Shown: in pieces, positions 11,737-24,200 of the stretch
Layout of the letters: every line of letters begins with the position of its first letter
Numbering within the stretch: position 1 is the stretch's first letter
From: Tubulanus polymorphus
Lineage: Eukaryota > Animalia > Nemertea
DNA: 64,000 nucleotides
Reading direction: 5' to 3'
NCBI RefSeq assembly: GCF_964204645.1
Contig: NC_134028.1
Location: 12,819,263-12,883,262, forward strand
Translations under genes and position numbers: made by a program
The notes under the pieces: generated by a model
The model's database searches: none
What the model saw: only the letters and a program-made list of their open reading frames with translations
What the model was told of the DNA's origin: nothing

Positions 11737-12279
11737 GTAGAATTAAAAGAATATTAAAAGTAACGAGTAATAAACGAGTTGAAGAAAATATTAATTTCCA
11801 TTAAGAAATTACTAATAAATGAAAGAACAGATACTACATTTCAAAGATATTTACATGAATTAGAAAAATATTTTAGGCCGACAATTAAACATTTTATTCC
11901 TATTCAAGATTTGATTAGAACTGCACGTTTTCGTTTTCAAGTGAGTAATATTACTGAATTAAAGTTTAAAAATTATTATCTAATGATTGAGTTATCGAAT
12001 GAAAAAGATAAAATCTTATTCAATACAATAATTCCAAAATTCACAACATTTAATGAAATAGATAAACATTTGATAATTACAGATGAATTACAATCACTTT
12101 TATATAATGAAAAATCAGATAAATCATTATTTATACACCTACGATATTGCCCTTTCAGAGAATGCTATGTAATGTTTTCAGAGTACAAGAAAAAAGGTTT
12201 ATCCCTGACATTCCAAATGAAAAATCATTTAAAGATACAGGAACTCAATGTAACGAGCAATGTAATGATCATTATTTAA
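11734..12279 (+). pseudogene. Degenerate hypothetical viral ORF
   Basis: TAAATG start, MVELKEY*K*, in frame with ORF 11779-12279. Confidence 0.45.
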
Positions 12280-12399
12280 AGAGTATTACAATGAATCCAT
12301 AAGATAAATATCATATTCTTTACAGAGCACTAGAATAACAATAGGCCCTATAATTCAACTAGAATCCTTAAGTTGTACAGTTTTCGTACTTAGCATTTT

Positions 12400-15360
12400 C
12401 AACCACAGGGTTGTGAGTTTTGCTATCTGTAGCACGCTGGGGATCAATATTTAAATCAGAGTCAGAGTCTGATGAAGTCTCATGAATTTCCTCGTAGGGC
12501 TGATTCATTTCAGGTACCCGTCGGTTTTACCTCTTTACGGGGCTTATTTTGATCTGTCACCTTTGGAAATGGAATAACACCACAAGGCAATAATAAACTC
12601 CATCTTCCCGTTTCACTGAATATACGACATCTCCAAGAGATTTGGTGACCAAATTAACATCAGAACGCCAATGATCAGCTATTTTATGTTTGCCCTTTAG
12701 GCCAACATTACGCAAGAGAACACGTTCACCGTTAGTCCAAACACTTTCTTTCACTCTCTTGTCATAGCGTGCCTTGTTTCGGTCGTTAGACTTATCAGCG
12801 TGACTCAGCGCCGATTTATATGCTTGATCTAGAGATGTCTTTAGGTCTTTCGCATATTTAGAATAGTCTGTGTGCTCGCCTTTACCGGCAGGATGAATGT
12901 TGAAATACCAATCAACCAACAGTCTTGGTTGTCTACCAAACATGAACTCGAAAGGTGAGTGACCTTTAGCATCATTTCGAGTACAGTTATAAGCGTGACT
13001 TAAGAACTTCAAATGCTTAGACCAACTGTCATTGATCTCCTGATCTTGAGTACCAATCATATCCAGTAGTGTTCTGTTGAAGCGTTCACACTGCCCATTG
13101 GAAGGGCTGTGCCATGGACTCGACAGTGACAACCTAATGCCTGTCATTTTCCTAGGAAATCCGAAAGAGTCTTTCCAGGAAAGAGTCTTTCCATAAAACT
13201 TCAGCCACCTGCTTCGTAGTTTCGTTTTTCGTCGCCATCGCTCTGGAATAACGGGTGAAGTGGTCTGTTATTACGAGTACATGTGTTCTCCCGGTCTTAT
13301 CCGGGTCTACACCGAGGAAATTAATACCAACCAAATCCATGGGTCAGGTGGACTGAATATGTAACAGTGGGGCTGATCTTGGGTCTCGTGTTTTCTGCAA
13401 GATATAGTTTCTGCAGTTGCCAATGTGTTTGCTTATGTCGGACTCCATATAAGGCCAGTAGAAACGATTGCGTGCAAGGTCTAAGCTTCGTTCAGTTGCA
13501 AAGTGACCGATATCGTCGTGTATGCCTTGCATGGCCTTTTCCCTGAATTTCTCTGGTACTACCAATCTATGTACCTTCCTACCTCTAAAGACTGATGTTT
13601 TATACAATACATCACTATCAAAGTAAGTTGTGCCTCAGTTTCTTAGCATATTCTGAATGACCTTCGGACATTTACGCCATTTTCTCCTGGGAAGGGGTAG
13701 GGATTCATATTCTAGAATGTTGATGAAATTCCCAATGACTTGGTCATCTCTCTGGGAGACTTTCAGTTCTTCAACCGATAGCGACTGTATCTCATCTTGG
13801 GCAATAATTTCCAAGTCCTGTACTGAATTCAATGTGGCGCTCAAACATTGGGCTATTGGAACGTTCTGAGCTTCCACGACAGCTTGACAGTAGTCTTGAG
13901 CGGATTGGAGTATGGCGACTTCAAGTGCGGGTCTTACCCGATTGACTAATGATGAGATTCTTTCCTCCTGTTCAGTATCTTGGCTGTCCATATCGGGCCT
14001 TCTTTAAAGTAGATCTGCATCGACATTGTGACGCCCAGCACGATATACTATGTCAAAGTCATAGTTGGTTAAAGCGGCTAGCCATCTGTGGCCATCTGTG
14101 ACCAACTAAACGGAGGTCAATATATAAGTTAATGGATTATTATGCGTCAATATCTGGAATTTCTTCGCTTCAGAGAGATAGTCATGAAACTTGTTCTTGA
14201 CTGCCCAGAACCGGGCAAGGAATTCTCGTTTATGTACAGGGTAATTCTTTTCGCTGCTAGACAGGCTTCGGCTAGCATATGCTACTGGGCGCAATGTCCC
14301 TTCCTCTCTCTGATACAGTGCCCAGTGTTCTCCACGGCTCAAATTTATAGCAGGGCGCAGTAAGAAATATTAAACTTATTCTGCATCAACGATGCAAGCA
14401 CATTGCGGGGGTTTGTGGGTCCTCCCCCAAGAAATTTTTTTAATTTAACGCCTCCTCAGAGTGTCTGAGACAGAAAAGCATACTGGAATTCGTGAAAAGT
14501 CACATGTGGTTTTAATGCTGGGACGCCAAATATCACAATATATCTATGGACGAAAACTGGGCAAGTGGCTCAGTTACTATGATGGTTGTCTATTTTTAGA
14601 GAAACTGACAATGACCTACGCACTGGAGAGAATGAATGCATGAACAAACACTTACATGCAATTTTTTAAGAATTTCCTAGAAGTCACCGCAAATGTTTTG
14701 AAATTCATAGCTCAGCCAACTTTTACTCGTAACTAGGTGACTAAAAATATATCTAATTCAACCCACAACTAGAAATCTCATTAAGTTGGGTGCTATTCTG
14801 ATTCCAACTGGAATGTGTACCACAACTTTTCCCCTAACTATATCATAGACAGATATGAATTAGGTCAATAACACTTAAAGTTCAACTGAGAACTGTAATA
14901 ATCTAACCAGAGCTGGATTGCTGAAAAAAGGATGTGATAAAGATGTAGGTTGCTGTTTTTTGAGTTTGTCTCGTTTCCTCTACAATCTCACCTGACAGTA
15001 TTCCTGCCACAAGATAGGGGTGGACTATCTTGCTTGTCCCGAAGAATACTTCAAGATACAAATTACAATTTGGTTAAGCCGATTAGGCCAATTTGAGCCA
15101 AATCGAGCCCCACGTTGGGCGCCAAAAATGTAACGCACTTCCAGATGGTATTGGCAACGTGCGTGCGTGGGGCTAGAAACTCAAAATAAACTTACTGAGA
15201 ACGAACTCAAATCACAACGAACTCTAAAAATAAAATACAATATATATACGTTTATTAAGATGATAAGTAATAGAGCAATGAAATATTATCTAAAACCAAT
15301 CACTAAACCGAACCAAATTTCACCCAAGTTATACCAATCCCAATCATATTGTGTTACCAA
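12400..15360 (-). mobile_element. Degenerate Ty3/Gypsy LTR retrotransposon (RNase H, integrase, PBS, part of the 5' LTR)
   Basis: PVAYASRSLSSSEKNY..EFLA (RNase H), HDDIGH..FYWP (integrase zinc finger), TDHFTRY and NGQCERFNRTL (integrase core); multiple stops. Confidence 0.88.
15107..15124 (-). promoter_or_regulatory. Primer-binding site, tRNA-Lys(CTT)
   Basis: Minus strand reads ..GTTACA TTTT TGGCGCCCAACGTGGGGC: the LTR end followed by the 18-nt Lys1,2 PBS. Confidence 0.85.
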
Positions 15361-16244
15361 CAGTGTTGCCAGACTTCCGGAAATTTCCGGAGTTCCGGAA
15401 ATCAAAACTTTCAAAAAAAAAATCCGGAAATTTTCTTCTCCGTACTGCGCGAAAATGCCGTTAATTTTTATTAGAACGGCCACCCATACGCATTCGCTGT
15501 GATGATTGCAACACCACCAATCGTCATGACGACGCAGCGCAGCTCTGCGGTCGAGCGGCTTTTGTCTAAGTATACAGAGTAGTGCTTATAACTTTATTGA
15601 TTTTATACTCGAATGTGTATTGTAAAATTTTGGAGTTCAATAAACTTCTGTACTGTAACCACGACTTGACTTGCTGATGCGCCGCGCTTGTATTAGATCA
15701 TCTTTATCAGAGCATTCGTAGGTACGTCCCTTCAAGTTACACATCTATGATCATCTATATAGGCTTAGGCCTAAACTATCTATGATCCGTCCTTTTTTGA
15801 ATGTTCCATTTTCAATAGGCCCGTATGCGATAGTTCCCCGGAAAATGAGTTGCATAATATTCACGGATAAATTGATTATTAACGAAATTTTAAATATTTC
15901 CTTGCCAACTAAGCGCTCAAGCGCTACGATCTTGAATTTGTGAGCGTTCATCGGCGCATTTGAACTGCAATAATTCAGGACTCGACCCGTAATACGTGAG
16001 AAGATGCTGATCGTCAACGAATCAGGATGTGCCACATTGGAAATAGCCATTACCTTCCAGAATATAATAAGGTGTTCATGGGTTCACGATCGCTGTAAGT
16101 GCTCGGAAAACGCTTCTAATTTCTGAAATTTTCTTGGGGGGACCCCCAAACCCCCCCAAACGGCTTCGCGCCTTCGGCGCTCGCAAGTTTGTGTATGTCA
16201 ATAAATACTTCCGGAAATAGCAAAGCTAGGTGCTGGCAACACTG
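15361..16244. mobile_element. MITE with CAGTGTTGCCAG TIR
   Basis: 12-bp TIR CAGTGTTGCCAG / CTGGCAACACTG; near 6-bp TSD TACCAA/AACCAA. Confidence 0.75.
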
Positions 16245-16445
16245 AACCAAATATCAACTCAAAATTAACCCAACTAGTTACAAAATATAAACTTTTTTCG
16301 ATGTATTATTTCCTGAATAATTTTATCTAAGAACAATTAAATTGAAGTTGTCGAATAAACACTATAATCCGTGTAAACTGTAGATAAATGAAGAAATCCC
16401 ACACTTCGAATTTGAAATTATACGATCAAATTTATTATTACGAAA

Positions 16446-16487
16446 CCACAACGTTTCAGCTGTTGACTAACAGCCATCATCAGGTGG
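16446..16487 (-). ncRNA. Minimal type I hammerhead ribozyme (Penelope pLTR type)
   Basis: Minus strand: CCAC CTGATGA T GGCTGTT-AGTC-AACAGCT GAAA C GTT GTGG, giving stem I, the conserved core, stem II and an NUH triplet. Confidence 0.7.
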
Positions 16488-19400
16488 AATGACCAGAAAA
16501 ACAAGTAACAAAGCATATAAACTCACAGGATCTAAAATAGAAGCAGTGTGTCAAAACTAAAGATAAACAGACCAAGCAATAAAACATCAAGGGGTACCGT
16601 GGAAACCACAGCAATTCTAAACAGTTCAGAGTAAAAACAAATTATGTAACTATGTGAAGTGGACCGAAGAGGGTGGCGATAACAGTATAATTAAAGACAT
16701 TTGAATTAAAGATATTTGAATTAAAAATACTCAACAACAGTGTCCAAATACAATTGCGCTGTCAAACCGCAACATGTCACTCCTTGCGTAATTACAGAAT
16801 TTGGAAATATGGAAGATTAGAGTTCTGGCCTGATCACCAACTCACCAATGCCAAAATACACGGGAATAGTACGATAAACCAATAGTAGTTGAAAACGAAT
16901 TACGAACCAGTTTAGTTGAACCAATAGTCTCTGGTAGTAGACGACGAATTAACAAATCGATCCTCCGCATATGACGACGATCACGAAATTCGGATCGCTT
17001 TTTAAATCGGAATAAAATCCATATAACTTGCAAATGTCTACATGAGCATCATCAAAAATTCATAAAGACTTAGAATTTTGGTGTCGTAGAACAGTATGAT
17101 TTAAGTAGTCGCATGTCTTTACTACTGACATGATATTCACAGTTATAGATTATCTAGCTAAAACTGCTATTATAAAAGAATTGTCGCTATTGCAAAACTT
17201 CTCTTGTAGAGAAAACTTCACTTTATCATGGAATGTCCATCTTCAATAATCCAGCTAACAACGATGAATAAAGATCCCTTCAAAAATCCATGATTCAGTA
17301 CAGCGATTAAGAATCAGTTAATCCTTTGATAGGAATAAAATTAAAATAGCGGGAAGCTGTGTGGCAACCCCTGCTGCTGTTTCAAGATCCAAAAAACCAC
17401 TCCCTCACCTCAGTCTAACAGGATGTCACATGCCCTTGAAATTCGGAGAAATCTAAGTAGCACTCAGAAATAGAGTAAAATAGTTCAAACTAAAAATGAT
17501 GAAATACATATCAAATATAGCACCAAGTGTAGGTTCTGTGATGAAAAAATAAAAGTAACTAATTGGAAAATCTTAGAAATATATGAAGATTATTTAAAAC
17601 CCAGAATTATTGAAATGTACTAATACAAAACATAGTACCATGCCTAAAAAGGATAATCGGCTGATACTGCAAAGCTGCATCCCAGCCATCGGATTCCGAA
17701 AATATGCAATAACTCACCAAAGGGAGAACAGCAGTTACCCACCCAAGATTGCGAATACCGGGTTAGATTCAAATCCCCGGAAAAATATACCTAGTATATA
17801 TCCTACTAGCTATTACTTTTTATTGTAGATTATATAAATGAACTAATCCTATCTACCTCAATAAAAATACACCTTTAATTGACAAGGGTCACACAGAGGC
17901 ATACATTGTTATCACAACCAATCGCAAAATTGTAGCTGCTGACATGTTCTATGATTGTGGTGAGTTCAAGGTGGTTTTTGTGTGTGGTCACCAGGGGGCG
18001 TTGAATATTCAAATTGTTAGATTGAGCATTTGACACCACTTTCCAAGTGGGCATGGTGTCCCTGGACCCCTAGTTTATGGCAGTCCTACATCGTTCATGT
18101 CGTTACATTGCCAAGTGTTCATTGCATATGGTCGTTTTGAATGGACTGGACTGGTTCCGGGTCCGCATTTGTGTGATTGGTTTTCCCGAAGTAATAAAGT
18201 GAAAGTTGTGAAAATCACTATTAAAATTCTAGTTAAACCGTACTCTGATTGTGCCCAGAACGCGTCTCCGCGTGGCCTAATTTAAAAAGATTTCGGGGGA
18301 AGACAAAATGGACAAATTACGCGATTTTACTGCAATTGCAACAATGGTTAACATTGTTGCAATTCAATTGTTTGCAAGACGTAGTAATAAGCGGTCCAAT
18401 ACATGTTCGAAGACTTTAGGCAAGTTTGAGGACATTTGGAATGTCACAAAAGACCCAACGCTCAAAATACCGGTACCTGACGGACGAAGAACGCAGATTT
18501 GAATTGCTGTTACCATAGAAACCAATAAACAGTTCATCCCGATATTGACCAAGCACATACGAGTTATAAGTAAGTTTAAAGAAATATCAAAATAATCAAC
18601 AAAAAACATTAACATCATCACTGTTTGAGCCAATAACCTTAAAAATGAATATTTTATATGAAATTGCTATTTTCAAGTGAATATAACACGATTGTTGCTG
18701 CTGTAACTAGGTAACAAATGAATGTACACATAAAAGTAACGTTGCGCTATATGCGCTGCAATCCCCCAACTCAGAAAAGGTTTAGATTGTAAAATTACCC
18801 CAAACCTTAGATGAGATATTCGAATTATTAAGCAAAAGTAGTTTAAAGTGTATTTCCTTGCCAAATGAAAATGAAGATGTTTAAATTTCAAAATGTTTGA
18901 CTTTAACGCCCCCTGTAGGCCAAAAACGAAAAAATTGTTAAAGGCATCCTCCACACATGATAGCCCACATACTCTGCTATCAAATGAGCCCGGATGCCAA
19001 ACTGTAACAAAAAATTCTGTGATCATCGAATTTTCCATGATTGGCTGGCTGACTAAAATACGGATTTGTTTTATCTTCCTGTATGAAAATATGGCTATAG
19101 TATATCATCACATCTGTGAATACGGTTATGAACTTTCAAAAACTGGAATATGGGTTCGTGTACTTCTACTGCTCATAAATCGGGTCAGAGTATTTATCAG
19201 CACTGAGTTATGGCAGTGGCGTACAGGGGCGTCTATCTATTCTTTCACTGCATTGCTGCTGCGTGTGATCAATATAATCTCTACACACACTATGCACAGT
19301 CACTCGTGCAGCACACCAATGTTCACATTGGCGCGCGCGTTATGATTACGTATTCATGCAGTGTTTCAATGAAAAGTTTTTGAAATAAATTAACTTTCAA

Positions 19401-21208
19401 TGAATATTTTATCGTGACCTGAAAAAATACTAATTAGTAGACAAGTATGATTAAACATCGAGATAAATATTTCTTCAGCTGGTAAAACCCGGGGTTAAAG
19501 AATCATTGACTTAACAGTGGTTTTTTAATGTATTTCGTGTGGCCAGGCTTTTTTATTTTGAAGGTAGGTTTAATGTCGGAAGGCAAAATAAAAATGAAAT
19601 AGTTTTTTGTATTTTCTTTCTAAATGATTATTTTCCGGACTTAAGATATTTTCACCCTTGGGGAAACCCACTACTCAACCTTTCATCACCTGATTGTGGC
19701 AGCACCTGCCTGGGGCTTAATTGGAAACTACTAACAGACAAATATTCATTAAAACTACTGATGTGGCTTATTTTTTCTGAGATGAATATGCAATACTACT
19801 GGTGTTGAAATTTTGGGGTAAGCAGGTCTGGTCTATGTTGTTGATATGAATCTTGTAGGCAGAGGTGCTGAAATTGTTTTATTAAATGGGGTTTTGTATC
19901 CAAATTGATATAAATATCTTGGCTGAATGGATAACATCAGAATAAACTAGTTTTTTCTTTAACAGAATTGCATCAATGAGGTTTGACAATACAAATAACG
20001 TGGCTGAATCGTTCGGCAGAAAAATTAAATTTGTTTTCAGCATCAATGAAAGTCATACATTAAGACCATAAGTCTGTGGTACTCCCAATCAACATCGTCG
20101 TAGACCATTTGCCGGCAGATGTAAAATATAAACCACTTAATACCTTACCACCGTATAATCCACCAATGCTTCAAGTCCGTTCGGCCTCTTGTTCTGCAAC
20201 TAGAATTTATTATTTCATTATTATTATGGAAAACAGAAAGATTTGAAATATATGATGGAAAACCATCAAAAATAAAAATTGTTGTTTCGTTTTGGAAGTT
20301 TTATATAAACCTTTGTAGGTCACCTTGTCTATCATGCGACAGTATGCAATTCTGAGAAATGGCGAAATTTGTTGATTAATCGCTCGAAACATACATAAAA
20401 TTGGATCATTTCGAAAGCTACCTGTGTTAGTCTGTGAATTAAGCCATTAATTGTGGACTGAAGTCAATAGAAAGTATATTTTCAAAGTGTTACTTTTTTC
20501 AAACCGTTTTTTGGCCCTTGTCATCCCTAACGTAGGTATTAGCCCATCCAATTTCAAAAAGCTTACCACCAACTTACTAGGCGCAATGAACCCTTTTAAA
20601 GCTGTTTTAAATGTTTTTGAATGGGTGAAGCGAGGATATGTTGCCGTAAAAGGGTTTTTCTGGAAGTAAAAAGCCTTAAAAGTGCTTCTTATATGGCCTT
20701 GAAATTTGGTTGGTATTGAGGCTATGAGCCCTCTATCTTAATATGATTACCCGGCATTGAACATTGAAAATTTCTGTTTGTTAAGCATTTCAAACCATTT
20801 CCCAAGTGGGCAAGGTGTCCTTGGACCCCTAGTTGTAAACGGTCACCAGGGGCATTGAATAGCCGAATAGGTTAGTATTGAATGAATGAACTTATTTTCT
20901 CAAATATATGAACATGGGTATAACAATTTTGTTTGATTATTACACATGAATTGAAATTTTACATATTTGAGGAGGACATCCCCGAGCCGTAATGGCCGTA
21001 CCTAAAGGGGGGATGCCCTCTAATTATGTATTTATGAACATGTCGAGCTGCAATTTTGCATTTGATTGTGGTAACAAAATATGCTAGTTACCAACATAAT
21101 GTGGAAATACTGAGTTATTCCTCTCTATAACGCCCCCTGGTGACCATTTACAAAACCTATGGCCATGGACTTCTAGTTTCTATAATTAATGATTCAGATT
21201 CTTTTCAG

Positions 21209-24200
21209 GTGGTACACAAGGAAGCGCAGAGGCAGTAAAAGATGAAGAAGGTGCTCCATCTCACTCTGGAAATTTAATACTGTGTTCAAAAGATGTAGAT
21301 GAAATTGATAATACTCCACCCTCAGATCAACCCTCAGATCAGGAATTGGTCAATTTCAAGATAGTCTTTAAAAAAAGGTCTTTTGATGTGTCTTTTCCTC
21401 TTGATGAAAAAATATCCTCATTGAAAATAAAGATTCAGGAACTCACAAGTAAGTTACTTCTTAGCTCAACCCCTACTGTTTAGTGGAACTGATTGGTTTT
21501 TAGCGGGCTATTGCATTCACCTTTTGTCACATTTGATTTATTTGAGCACGTTTTTTTATGCAGCATCTTTAACTGTCCAATATTACACATGTGTAAATTC
21601 AATGCTATTTGCGTTGGAAGATCTTTATCTTGTCAAAATCCGATGCTTTGTTCGGTAGTTATGGGTTTTCAAGGACAAAAACCCTAAAAATCTTGGTTAT
21701 ATATAATTTGTGTTGACCTGTTTTGACCTCCCTCATGGCGTCATAGCCAGGTGTGCGTCAAGTAATGAATACAGTGGCTGCACAATTGAATAGGTTGATA
21801 TTCATCGTTGCTAGTGCGATTACTGATACTCAAGGCGTATCGTACAACGATTTATTGTGTGAAATGTGTTAAATGATTCATCTCATTTTGAAATTCCGTG
21901 CATAAGGTAACGTTGCATCAAGATATCTGTCAAAAATCTGGGTTCAAAATCATGATAATGCAGAAATTTACTTTCATGTTAGCCACATGGGCGCGGCTGA
22001 TTGATTAATAGCGTCAAAATTTTTAGTCTGATATTAGCACGACTGGAATACTTGTTTTATTGTCAGTAATTCAAATCATTTAATGGAAGCGATCCATTTT
22101 AGAGCCTGGTTATCTGTATTAGTTTGTTACCTTCGGCACAGTGAGTAGTACACTTGCGGTACAGTCGCGTCAGCAATATCGCCTTATACTCTCCGATTCT
22201 TTGTTCAGTAGTTATGGACTTTCAAAGACGAAACTCCTCAAAATCTTGGTTATTTAAAATTTGTGTTGACCTGGTTTGACCTCCCTTATGACATCATAGC
22301 CAGGTGTGCGTCAAGTGTTAAGTAAAATGGCTGCACAATTGAATAGGTTGATATTCATCGTTGCTAGTGCGATAACTGATACTCAAGGCGTGTCGTACAA
22401 CAATTTATTGTCTGAAATGTGTTAAATGAAGAGTCATTTCATGGAAGTTCGCATAGCGATCCATTTTAGAGCCTGGTTAGTTTGTTATTTTCGGCACAGT
22501 GAGTAGTGTGCGTGGGGTACAGTTGCGGCAGGAATATCGCCTTATACTCTTCCCTTCACCACATGTATTTATCAGTAATAGATAACGTGCGCCATATTGT
22601 AGGTCGCGCATGCCACGTACACCAACGATGCTTGAGTCACTTTGTTTTTAAGCTTCGTACACTTAGCCTATGCCTGCCCACTAAAAACAATTCTATCGTA
22701 ATACTATTGAAAACCATGTCAGTCGATAATCTTCATTTCGTCAGTAACTGGCACTGCCCTAAAGTTTGAAGAACTTGGAGCTTCGGTCTTGATTGGTTTT
22801 ACATGTATTATTGTCTGTATGATTAATGAAGAACCTCCGATGAGGTCAGGCAATCAACAAGTTTGTACCTGGTACCATATTTTAACTGGTCACTCATACT
22901 TTCTCCTAGTTTTAGTTGTTTTATGTCATTCGCGAGATGTATTAAAATTATGAATATTAAGCCATCCCAAATTAATTGTGTGTTTACCGTACACCGACTC
23001 AGTTTTCAGGATGAGTCGGTAGGTAGGTAGAACAATTTTTTGTGCAAAATTTTAGGGCAAAAAAACCCAACATATTAATCACCTGTTTTATGTGAAAATA
23101 ATATCACAAATCTGCGTTGTGCACAGGAACTTAGTCTAATTTGCCTAGATTTCAAGAATAATTCTAACTTCGTCCGGAGCTCATCTCTGTGTTCAAAATG
23201 AAATATAATTTAATTGAATATATGCGCGCTATAACATAATCAGCTTCAATATAGTCACTAGAAATGAATGGCAGCCTATTGGTACACTGCCAGTTTCCTG
23301 GAAAGCTTAAACTAGGTCACCATGTCGAGGCATGTTTTCACACGATGCACACTTGACTTTAAGCATATGATTCTCATACATCGGCAATGAGTCGGTCGTT
23401 CGGCCATTTTATCAAAAATATAAATGTGTTTCAATGAATCCCAGAAAAAAGTTTTCACTCGGTACCTTTGAAGTTGTGTCGGTCGGGTTAAGGCAAACAG
23501 ACCATTATTTTGAGATGGCCTCAGTTGAATGTTAAGTTCCCATAATCAATCTTTCGAAGATTCCAGTTATCAAAAGTTCTTTTCTTGTTTAATTTTCAAA
23601 GAAGAATTTTTGCATAGGCCTACAGCGTGACAGACTTACTTCAGACAGTTTGGCGAGCCGCTGGACCATTTGGCCTTTATTCAAGTTTTGAAGGAAATTT
23701 TCAAGACCCTTTGATCAATAACCTTGATCTTTTGTATGTAATTGTCCTTTTTTGTGCCCAAAAATGTCCATTTTTGGTCTGAATCCTGATTCCTGTAGTT
23801 TCCTACTGGTTTGCCATTTTTCATTGAAATTTGTGTTGGGTATTCTATGGAAAGGGATTTTTTATACATCAGAAGTTATTTTTTATCAGCCAATTATAAC
23901 GCAATTGGCAGCCATCTTAGTGTCATTAGTACTCATTCGTAGGTGGAAAAAGGTTTTTGAGAAAAATATCAAAGAGATTTTAACTTATAGTCTTGATATT
24001 TGATGGTTATTGGCACTGTCATAAGATACATCTCCTCACTTGGAATTTGAATCACCTAATCAGGCGCAGATTCAGGATTTTTTCCAGGAGGGGGTTCATA
24101 CAGAATGTTAATGTTAAACCGCTGACTAAAATCTCTAATGAATGGGGGCCTATACTGCATATTGTTTGACCAAAGATATGGTAACCGATTATGTTGTACT

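Larger units (their letters stand above)
1..12300. mobile_element. Endogenous Polinton/Maverick (adintovirus-like) element, degenerate, cut by the window edge
   Basis: Very AT-rich, intronless, densely packed ORFs including a protein-primed PolB, a penton-like protein and a VLTF3-like protein. Integrase, ATPase, major capsid and TIR are not seen in the window; the right end abuts a Gypsy fragment. Confidence 0.85.

Noticed and set aside
12280-12400. Polinton terminal inverted repeat
   Set aside because: No (AG)n/AGT-type terminus is visible; the sequence passes directly into Gypsy DNA.
16500-21200. Short ORFs and candidate first exon of UBFD1
   Set aside because: No recognisable domains; no ATG-donor pair could be supported without transcripts.
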